Assembly: GCF_030144855.1 (NCBI RefSeq)
Contig: NC_082738.1
Span: forward strand, 64,976,001-65,040,000
Direction: 5' to 3'
From: Hypanus sabinus
Lineage: Eukaryota
Length of the DNA stretch: 64,000 nucleotides
A program made the translations under genes and the position numbers. The stretch's first letter is position 1. Every line of letters begins with the position of its first letter. Of this stretch, positions 27,601-38,822 are shown in pieces. A model generated the notes under the pieces. The model was not told the DNA's origin. It worked only from the letters and a program-made list of their open reading frames with translations, and searched no databases.

Positions 27601-28342
27601 GTTGCTAGCAAAAAAAAACTTGCTCTCTTCTTGATGTTATGGTAAGGCAGAAGGTACAGAAGCCTGAACACCCATGTCATCGGGTTCAGGATCAGCTACT
27701 TTCCTACAACCATCAGGGTTTTGAAGCAATCTGCAGAACCCTATTCCTATCTCAGCAATGGAAGATTACTTCTTGCACAACCATGGTCTTATTTTTGATT
27801 GTGCTTTTTTTAAAAAAGCATTAATGAAAGTCAAAGTGGAATTTATTATGCTATGCACAATGTTCAAAGTACAAAGTAAATTTATTATCAAACTACATAT
27901 ACATCACCATATAAAAGCTTGAGATTCATTTTCTTGTGGGCATTCACAGTCAATACAACAAAGACAATAGAATCAATGAAAGGATACCCCCAACAGGACG
28001 GACAAACAACCAATATGCAAGAGACAACAAACTGCGCAAATACAAAAAGAAAAAAATAAGAAATAAGCAATAAATATGAAGCACCCGAGATGAAGAGTCT
28101 TGAAAGTGAGCAGGAGTGCAATGAAAAAAATTACATGCAACTGCAACACGGAACGCTGTTGGATTTGGCGGTGTACGTGTGTACGATTGAATGGCAAAAA
28201 CTGTATTTGAACTTCAAAGTCACATATAAGCTGCATTCACAAGTAAAGCTTAACTGTTTTCAAGACAGAACACCATTAATGCAAAGTGATGAAGTGTCCT
28301 TTTTTCCATGGTGTTTTTCCCTTTGCTTTCTGGTATACATAC

Positions 28343-29535
28343 AACATAGAAATCTTCAGCATATTACAGGCCCTTCTGCCCACAATGTTGTTCTAACCAT
28401 GTAACCTACTCCAGAAACTGCCTAGAAGTTCCCTAGTGCATAGCCCTCTATTTTTCTAAGCTCCATGTACCTATCTAAGAGGCTCTTAAAAGACCCTGTT
28501 GTTTTTGCTTCCACCGCCGCCACCGGCAGTGCATTCCACACACCCACCACCCTCTGTGTGAACAACTTACCCCGACATTCCCTCGGTACCTATTTCCAAG
28601 CGCCTTAAAACTATGCCCCTTCAAGTTAGCCATTTCAGCCCCAGAAAAATACCTCTGGCTATCCACACGATCAATGCCTCTCATCATCTTAAACACCTCT
28701 ATCAGGTCGCCTCTCATCCTCCGTCGCTCCAAGGAGAAAAGGCTGAGTTCACTCAAACTACTCATGCTCCCCAATCCAGGCAACATCCTTGTAAATCTCC
28801 TCTGCACCCTTTCTATGGCTTCCACGTCCTTCCTGTAGTGAGGCGACCAGAACTGAGCACCGTACTCCAAGTGGGGTCTTATATAGCTGTATTCCTCATG
28901 GCTCTTGAATTCAATCCCATGGTCAAATTTGACCAACCAAAATGAACCACTTCACACTTATCTGAGTTGAAGTCCATCTGTCAATTCTAAGCCCAGTTCT
29001 GCATCACATCTATGTCCTGCTGTAACCTCTGACAGCCCTCTACACTATCCACAACACCTCCAACCATTGTGTCATCAGCAAACTTACTAACCCATACCTC
29101 CACTTCCTCATCCAGGTCATTTATAAAAATCATGAAGAGGAGGGATCCCAGAACAGATCCCTGTGGAACACCACTGGTCACCAACCTCCATGCAGAATAT
29201 GAACCATTTACAACCATCCTTTGCCTTCGGTGGGAAAGCCAGTTCTGGATCCACAAAGCAAGGTCTCCTTGGATCCCATGCCTCCTTACTTTCTGAAGGA
29301 GCCTTGCATGGGGAATGTTATCAAATGCCTCACTGAAATCCATATAGACTACATCCACTGCTCTACCTTCATCGATGTGTTTTGTTACATCCTCAAATAA
29401 TTCAATCAGTTTCATAAGGCACGACCTACCCTTGACAAAGCCATGCTGACTATCCCTAATGAGATTATGTCTCTCCAAATGCTCATAAATCCTGCCTCTC
29501 AGGATCTTCTCCAACAACTTGCCCACCGCTGAAGT
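28343..29535 (-). mobile_element. CR1 LINE fragment (duplicated at 53562-54754)
   Basis: [36 protein letters not shown]. Confidence 0.9.
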
Positions 29536-30299
29536 CAGTATAATTTACATTTTGTGTATTGTCAGTATTTAACTATCCATGATGCTGCTACAAGCTACTA
29601 TTTCACTGTACCTGTAGCCCACTGTACTTATGCACATGATAACAAACTCCACTTAAAAGCTCAAAGGACATATGTCACCATAAGCAGCCCTGAGATTCAT
29701 TTTCTTGCATGCATACTAGGTAAGTCCAATAAACACAATAGAATCAATGAAAGACCACACCCAACAAGATGGACAAACGACCAAATGTGCCAGACAACGA
29801 ACACCGAATACCAGTTTTAGAGTCAGAAGGACATATACTGCATTACGGCTGATTCGTTATTACAGATAGGACAATCCATAATAACTGTCTGGATATAATA
29901 TTACAGGATAAACAAGCAAGAACAACTTACTTAACAGTCATAGCCATTCCATGCACACATAACTTACAGAAATCAATCAGTGAAAATCACCAGAAATATA
30001 GTGAATTAAAAGAGGAGATTGTCATTGTCATTGTCCCGACAGCAATGTCTACAACTGGTATCATTGCAAATTCACCACATAGTAACATCAATTAGGAATA
30101 CACAGCAATATCTATGTAAATCTTCAGAAAACCACAATACCCCTAGAATAGTCTGACAAGCACCGCAGAGAGCGCTGAGAATGAATTAGTTTTATTTAAA
30201 AATAAACTTTATTCTTGATAAAAATCTACAATAAAAAGTGCTAAACTCTTAGACTCTCAAAGACATTCAGTAGTGTTAACACTTTCGAGCCCATCAACC

Positions 30300-30459
30300 A
30301 GCGCTGGGAATTCCAACACCACAGTTCCTAGTCCCACGTGATACGGGCCAATGATCTCATAGGCGACACGTTCAGCTGCGTACTCGCGTCATCACAGGGC
30401 GCGCGCTCCGTCGATATATCCCATAATCCAAGGCGCCCGGCCTCTCTCCCTGTGCCACA
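30300..30459 (+). promoter_or_regulatory. RPL23 CpG-island promoter with a 5'TOP/TCT pyrimidine tract
   Basis: E-box CACGTG 30335-40, CCAAT 30348-52, cctctctccct 30441-51 directly before the ATG; YY1-like agatggcgc in intron 1 (about 30682). Confidence 0.8.
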
Positions 30460-30472
30460 ATGTCGAAGAGAG
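30460..30472 (+). CDS. RPL23: 60S ribosomal protein L23 (uL14) exon 1, complete copy
   Basis: ATGTCGAAGAGAG|gtaagc = MSKR(G). Exons of 13+84+129+114+83 nt give 423 nt, i.e. 140 aa plus stop. Confidence 0.93.
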
Positions 30473-30899
30473 GTAAGCGGGAGGAGGGGAGCGGCGTTAT
30501 CCGCTGCCATCCTCACTCCTGGTAGGTAGGACGCGCCGGTTCCTGTTCAGGTTGTCTGTATAACCTTACGCCCGTCTTGTCTCTGGGGTATTTGTAGATC
30601 ACTGATGGATTTTAGATGTGTAGCCGGGGCGCAAGGTTGTGTATTATCGGGTGACGGCCATGTTGGAGTGACCTGGTGTGGAGATGGCGCTTCTTCTCCG
30701 CCGCCCGGCTACGTACTCGGCCTGTTTGTGGGGAATCGAGCCTTTACGTGAGTCCGGGCCGTGGAGCCGTTGACCTGGGTTAAAGTGTTGGTGAGGAGGA
30801 GGAGGAAAGATCTAGGTCCCCAGATGCATTGGTTGTTGAACATGTTAACTGTAGAGTACGTTATCGCCAAAGTAAAACTAGTGTCAAAAGTGATCAGCT

Positions 30900-32030
30900 T
30901 TAGAAACACAGAAAACTTACAGCACAATACTAGCCCTTCGGCCTACAATGCTGTGCCGAGCATGTCCCTACCATAGCAATGTCTCTACCTAGGCTTACTT
31001 ATAGCCCTCTATTTCTCTAAGCTCCATGTACCTATCTAAAAGCCCCTATCGTATCCGCCTCCACCACCATTGCCGGCAGCCCATTCCACGCACTCATCAC
31101 TCTCTGAGTAAAATACTTACCCCTGCCATCACCTCTGTACCTATTCCCCAGCACCTTAATGGTTGTCCTCTTGTGGCAACCATTTCAGCCCTGGGAAAAA
31201 GCCTCTTGACTATCCACGTGATCAATGTCACTCGTCATCTTGTACACCTCTATCAGGTCACTTCTCATCCTCCGTTGCTCCAAGGAGAAAAGGCCGAGTT
31301 CACTCAACCCGTTTTCATAAGGCATGCTCCCCAATCCAGGCAACATCCTTCTAAATCTCCCCTTCCCCTTCACCCTTTCTGTGTCTTCCATATCCTTCCT
31401 GTAGTGAGGTGACCAGAACTGAGCACCGTACTCCCAAGTGGGGTCTGACCAGGGTCCTATATAGCTGTCACATTGCCTCTTGGCTCCTAAATTCAATTCC
31501 ACAATTGAAGAAGGCCAGTGCACCGTATGCTTTCTTAACCACAGAGTCAACCTGTGCAGCAGCTTTGAGTGTCCTATGGACTCGGACCCCAAGATCCCTC
31601 TGATCCTCCACACTACTAAGAGTCTTGCCATTAATACTACGTTCTGCCATCAGATTCGACCTACCAAATTGAGCCACCTCACACTTATTTGGGTTGAATT
31701 CCATCTGCCACTTCTCAGCCCAGTTTTGCATCCTATCAATGTCCTGCTGTAACATCTGACAGCCCTCCACACTATCCACAACACTGCCAACCTTTGTGTC
31801 ATCAGCAAATTTACTAATTGAGCTTGAACTTAAGCCTGAAATTTCAGGGAACTATATATTTCTATTCCCTGGTCCTTCAGTCCTGCAACACTCTCCAGGG
31901 TGTGGAATGGTCCTATTCTGGACCACTTTGCATTTATCTGACAAAAAATAACTCCATTTGCCATTCCTCAGACTGCATACCCAGCCAACCAAGATCCCTG
32001 TGGAAACCCTGATAACCACCTTCATGGTCT
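30900..32030 (-). mobile_element. CR1 fragments in RPL23 intron 1 (duplicated at about 56119-57249)
   Basis: WAEKWQMEFN, RDLGV, EYGAQFWSP motifs. Confidence 0.8.
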
Positions 32031-33567
32031 ATGATACCACTGAGTTGGGCAATGAGCGCAGCTATGGGTTTTTCACTACGCCAGGCCCACAATGATCATA
32101 CACCATATATCTGTGAGACCATAAGACACAGGAGCAATATTCAGCCAGTCATCCCATTAAGTCTGCTCCACCATTCCATCGTGGCAGGTTTATTAAGCTG
32201 CTCGATTTCATTCTTCTGCCTTCTCCCCATAACCTTTGACACCTTACTAATCAAGAACCTATCAGCCTCCGCTTTAAATGTTCCAAATAATTTGCTCTCC
32301 ACAGCAGTCTGAAAATGAATTGCACAGATTCACCACCCCGGGCAGAAGAAATTCCTCCTCATCTCTGTTCTAAAGGGGTGTCTATCCATTCTGAATTGTA
32401 TTTATTACCATACTTCAAATACATGATGAAAAAACATCTTTATGTTATGTCTCAGTTGAGATGTGCAATCATGGTAATTTATAAATATTTTAGGCTTTTA
32501 AGGCACTCTTTCAATGATATTGAAATATTGAAGGTAATTTCTGAGTGGGCTCTTTTGGGTGCCTCTATTCTGTGGAGCAACTGTCAGTGGAAGTAAATAA
32601 TGATCCTAGAACACTGTAAATGATCTGGTGGATCTCGAGTGGTACTGGGTTTCAACCCGAGCCATTCACAGTCCCCACCTCCCCGTGGTCGCTGCAGGTT
32701 CCGATAACTGTATTCAGTAATATGTACAGGGCTGTCCTCCGATCTGAAGCAGCAGACAAATTCCAGCATCTGCCGAAGCTTGAGTTTATCATGAACTCGA
32801 GTATATCTGCTTTTAGTTTAACAATACTGGCCCTTTGGCACACACTCTTCCATTGACCTATTAACCTACTCTGGATCAATCTCACCCTTCCCTCCCATGA
32901 AGCCCTACATTTTTGCCTTCCTAAGTGTCTCTTAAATCTCCCTAATGTATTTGCCTCACAGTGTGTATGAAAACGCTACTTCTGTCACCCACCCCCTCCC
33001 TTATCTTTGCCTCATCACCTTAAAATTTTGGCCCCCTATAATAGTCGTTTCCAGCTAGGGAAAGAAGTCTTACCAAGTCACCTGATTCTTTGCTCCAGAG
33101 AGAGAGAAGCCCTAACTTGCTCAACCTGTCCTGATAAAGACATGTTCTCTAATTGAGGCAGCATCCTGGTAAATCTTCTGTACTCTCTAAAGATTCCACA
33201 TCCTTCCTTAAATGAGGTGATCAGAACTGAACCCAATGAGTGTAATGCACCAGGCTGAACCTGGGGTTAAGTGGGCAGTAGTTGTTCATGTGAGCAGTGG
33301 ATTGGGGCATTACATTCTTGAATGCAGAATCAATATGATCTCAGTGTAGGTGCAGTTTTGACATTTCCACTGGTTGATGGTCTGTCTCAAGCTGTGATGA
33401 AAATTTCTTCAGCAGACGAACTTGAATCTCCACAGCCCTTGGAGACAAGCCAATGATCGTAGGTACTAAAATTGAGGAATGTGAGTTAATTCGGGGAAGT
33501 GGCACTTAGATCCAAGATGAGTCAAGTGTGAAAGACCAACGGGCCAAGAAGTAATTCTTGCAGCTAA

Positions 33568-33726
<159 letters not shown>

Positions 33727-33922
33727 TAGATTGTCGGATACAAGGAGCAGCGAGTAATCTCTGAATAAGTACTTATTGGGTAGAAGAGTATAAAAAGTAT
33801 ATTTAGCATTATGCACATTATTTTTTAGTGATTATATTAACTATCTTGATGCAGAGACTATTTGGTCATTTTGAACCATACGGGCATAAAGTACTGAAGC
33901 TGCAGATTTGATTTTCCAGTGA

Positions 33923-34105
<183 letters not shown>

Positions 34106-34995
34106 TAACCTCCAAGTTGGAATCAAAAAGACGTTGCACCATGCCAGTAAGTAAGTCAGCAGATTGTGCCAGGAATGAAACAGTATTGTAGTTGAGTTGT
34201 CATTCCAAAAAGTGATCTAGGATGTAAATGTGTTCATTTTCAAACCACCAACTTAGCTTGTTGGGAAGTTTCAGAAGTGGTTTGTTACTGTATGGTAAGG
34301 TGACTTGAAGAATCATGGAGATCATTTTTGAGTAGCCATTTCAGAAATGTTGGATATTACATGAGTGTGTGATTTGTGTTGGGGTATGTTCTTTTAAATT
34401 GCCCAACATTGATCTGGGTCCCCTGTAAGTTGATGGTTATAATTGACAAGTATTTAGGGTGGAAAAAAATTGCTGTGTTTAAGCTTCAGTACCTTCAGAG
34501 GTTTTTGGTGTGTCCTGGGGTTTCATAGGTGGTGTGTTTTTTGTGGTTTGGAACCTTGAGGACAGTTCTAAAGTCAGACCTTGATGAGCAGGTTAGCTTA
34601 TTAATGAATGACTTGGAATTGTTTTGGACAAATTGTCAGTGCTTCTTTGAGATGGGGTTGTTTTGTTATCTGGCTTTCATTTGTATCAGTGTGGGGTTAG
34701 TTAACCTCATGCCACAGATTTGAAATGATGCTTATTATCTTATATAGATGATGGGCATACTCCTAGGGTTGTGCAGTATTCAAACAGGCCCTTTGGCCCA
34801 ACTCCCATCTATGTCACCATGGTGCTGACCTGGGTTAGTCCAATTTACCTGTGCTTGTCCCACATCCTTTCCTATAAAAGCAACACGCACAAAATGCAGG
34901 AGGAGCTTTGCAGGTCAGGCAATATCTATAGAACATTTAAAGCTATTAGAAATGTATCTGCCTGTACCACTTCATGTAGCAGCTCTTTCCGTGTA

Positions 34996-35209
34996 CAGGT
35001 GTCCCCTGCTTTACGAATGTTTGCTTTACGCCACTTCGCTTTTACAAAAGACCTACATTAGTAAACTTTTTGCATTACAAAATATTGTTTATTTTTGCTT
35101 TTATGAAAATGTTTCCCATATAAATTAATTGTTCTTTGCTTTACGCCATTTTGGCTTAAGAAAAGTTTCATGCGAACGCTCTACCTTTGTGAAGGGGGTG
35201 GAACACCTG
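34996..35209. mobile_element. Tigger/pogo-type MITE (duplicated at 60215-60428)
   Basis: TA|caggtgtcccc...ggaacacctg|TA: terminal inverted repeats with a TA TSD. Confidence 0.75.
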
Positions 35210-37208
35210 TACCCACCGTGCTCTGTAGGGGAGAAGCTGCCCTGGGGTCCCCTTTAAATCTTCCCCCTCCCACAATAATCCTGCACCCTCAAGTTTCGTC
35301 TCTTATCCTATGCCCCTCATAATTTTCTCAACCTCTCTATGGTTACGCGTGCACTTTGGCCTCCTTCACTCGGAAAAATGATTCTCGTGCCTCCTCGCAA
35401 CTCAGTGCCTCCAGTTCCAGCAGTATTGTTGAGAAGGTTTTCCATGCTCTCTGGCTTAATCTCAAATGTCCTCTTACTGTCTTTTGCACCTGCAACATGA
35501 TGTCCAACTCTAGTACTCATTGTCCTGCCTTCTTCAGCACCGTTTGCTGTCATCACTGTAGGGTCTGCGCCCCCCAGACCTTGTTCTCAGGGCCCTGCTG
35601 TTCACTGTCCTGCCCAGGTTGAACTTGATATGTATGTGAAGATTTCCTGTTTCGTGTGCTCACGCAGTGAGTGGGGCACCATCCTAGAAGCACTTGCATA
35701 GCCTACTCTTTGGCTTTGGTGAGTTGTTGAGGATGGGGAAAGTAATTCATTGCTTTAGGGTGAGATTGCAGATGTGTTGTGCTGTATATCCTCAATCGGC
35801 AATGGAACAGTTCGTGCAAAGATTTGCACTTCCACAATCTGGGGACATTGCAGCGTGCATTTGAAGTTTGGTTTCTGTTGTATTGAAGAGAGGCCAGTAG
35901 CAGCCAATTTGCATATAGGAGAATTACACAAATATTTTTGTGTGGTTTGCCACAGTTCCCTTTGCTATCAGTTACATTTCTTCTGATGGAGGACGAGAAG
36001 GTTGTGGTTTTGGACTACAGCTTTTGTGATTAAAGCCATGAGATATAGGAGTGGAATTAGGCATTTAGCCCATCCAGTCTGTGCCTCCATTTCATCATGG
36101 CTGATCCAATTTTCCTCTCATCCCCAATCTCCTGTTTCTCCCCATATCCCTTCATGCCCCGACCAATCAATAATCAACCTTTGCCTTAAATATACACAAA
36201 GACTTGGCCTCCACAGCTGCCTTGGCAAAGAATTCCCCAGATCCACATTCTGGCTCAAGAAATTCCTCCTCACACCCGTTCTGAAAGGATGCCCCTCTAT
36301 TCTGAGGCTATGTCCTCTGTTCTTGGACTCTTCCCACCATAGGAAGCAACCTCTCCACGTCAACTCTATCAAGGCCTTTACTCAACCAATAGGTTTCAAT
36401 TAAGACACCCCCTCATTCTTCTGAATTCAAGTGAATACAGGCTCAGAGCCATCAAGTGCTCTTCATATACAAGCTGTTCATTCCTGGAATATTTTTCATG
36501 AGCCTCCTCTGAACCCTCTCCAGTTTCAGCGCATCCTTTGTAAAATAAGGGACCCAAAACTGTTCAAAATACTCCCAAGTGAAGTCCCACTGGTGCTTTA
36601 TATAGTCTCAACATTGCATCTTACTTTTATATTCTAGTCCTCTAGAAATTAATGCTAACATTGCATTTACCTTCCTCAGCACAGAGTCAACCAGCAATTT
36701 AACCTTTAGAGAATCCTGCACAAGGACTCCCATGTCCTTTGTGTGTCAATTTTTAGTATTTTCTCTCCATTTAGAAAATGGTCAACCCTTTCATTTCTTC
36801 TACCACATCCACAGCATCTGGCAATGAATTTACCACCATCTGGCTTAAGAAATTCCTCCTCATCTGTTCTGTCATGATGTCCTGATCTGAGGCTATGCCC
36901 TCTTTGGGCCATTATTAGAAACAAGAGGTAACAGTGCATCCAAATTTTTAGTCTCTGGAAGAGAGGAGAGAGTGTAATGCATCTGTTTGCTGCTGACACT
37001 AAATTGTGCAGAGTATGTTGAGTCTGCAGAGAGATATAGATCGGTTACGTGAGTGGGCCACTGGAGTGCAGCATGCTGTTAAATGCGAGGTCATCCACTT
37101 TGGAAGGAAAAATGGAAGATCAGATTATTATTTAAATGGTAAAAGATTGCAGCATGCTGCTGTGCAGAGGGACTTGGGAGTGCTTGTCCATGAATTGCAA
37201 AAGGTTGG

Positions 37209-37882
37209 TGTAACGTTCTCCTTCGCGTGTAAGTGATAACGTCGAATTTAACGTCGAGATAAACCACAGTCAATGAAACCAGATCGCAGTAAGATTAACC
37301 ATTTACTGTTCACTCTTCACATTAACATATGGTGAAAACTGTTGATAAAACAATACAAGATTGATACAGTATTTGTTCCTTCCTTAATATCACATTTCAA
37401 GTGTAAATACTTGCAAAGGTGACTATAACTACATTACACTAAGGTGCAGTATACAGGGAGAGTTTACCTGCTCCATTGACTACTTTAAATACACTTCCAT
37501 GCAAACTATCCGCGACTCTTTAACTAACGAAAGCATAAACATTATCTACCGTCGTTACTTCTAACAGGATCGGCATTAACATCTTAGTTCAATATATCGA
37601 TTATCTATTAACTTACAGCGTTGCTCTCACTGTGATTTCTCATGCCTGCAAAACTGCTTCTGCTCAGGTGAGCCTCGTGGAAAGCCCCCACCCTCGCGCT
37701 AATTTCAAACCGGTGTTTTCCCACAAGACGCGGCGAAACCGGATGTGACGTCATCACATGCCGATATATTTTACATGCAATGAATATACTTTAAACACTC
37801 CTAATTCTAACTAGAAAATACTATTGAATGAATTACTAAGCGAAAATATTATAAACTAAATAACTGTCGTAAAGACAGCACA
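37209..37882 (-). repeat. 3' LTR of the BEL element (674 bp)
   Basis: tgtaacg...agcaca; preceded on the - strand by the purine tract aagcggggag. Confidence 0.92.
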
Positions 37883-37940
37883 CTCCCCGCTTGACCTTCG
37901 TAAGGTCACAATGAGCAGAGTACAAAACTTAGTCTCTTAA

Positions 37941-38822
37941 TCAGTCATTGGGTAGAAGTAGAATAACTTCTGTAACTGGCCCTTGGTAAATTTTCACATC
38001 GCCTTGGTCGGTAGTCTTCAATTCGATCTTCCTGACATGTCCATCCCCGCTAGGGAATGTAGCAGTGATTCTGGCCGTTGGCCAGCTGTTGCGGGTGGCT
38101 TGCTTGTCCCCGAGCAGGACTAAGTCTCCAACTTGAAGATTCCTGCGGGGTTCTGTCCACTTTCGTCTCTGTTGCAACGAGGGTAGATATTTCTGTCTCC
38201 AGCGGGACCGGAACTGATTTGCCAGAGCCTGGACTTGTCTCCATTGCTTTGTGTACAAATTCTTGTCTGAGAAGTCTCCTGGTGGAGGAGGTGCTCCTGC
38301 CTTCTGCGTAAGGAGCGTTGATGGCGAAAGTATAAAGGGGTTTTCTGGGTCAGAAGACACAGGTAGGAATGATTGTGCGTTTATAATGGCTGTGACCTCT
38401 GCCATTAGGGTGCACAGTACCTCGTGGGCCAATCGGGTGTGTTGCTGCATCTCAGGTTTCCTTTTCCGGGTTTTCCGTAAGGACGTGAACCGTTTGACTG
38501 CCTGCTCTTTGTTATCTGGTGAGCGCTGGCATGGTTCTCTGATAGGCAATGGGGCAACCCCATTATTTGCTTCATCTCTGAAGACCTTGGTGTCTTTGGT
38601 TTTTAAAGAAATGGTATCTTGAGCTGATTGTGCAAGTTTGTTGTCATACTTCGTTTGAGCGAAGACTGACTGGCCCAGCGACTCGTCGCTTGCCTCGCGC
38701 TTGTTAACGCCTTGTTGTGCTTCCTTGATATACATGGAACTTGTGCAGGGTTGAAAAATCGAATGGCGGCCACTCTCTTGCACATTGGTCGAGTGTGTCG
38801 ACCGTCGGTTTGTGTACGTCAC
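37941..38822 (-). pseudogene. BEL pol remnant: pre-RT linker fused to the integrase C-terminus (DUF5641-like); RT, RNase H and IN core deleted
   Basis: ...KRKPEMQQH|TRLAHEVLCTLMAEV...KQWRQVQALANQF..RW..YLPSLQ.R.KW...VGDLVLL...WP.ARI; no YxDD motif. Confidence 0.8.
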
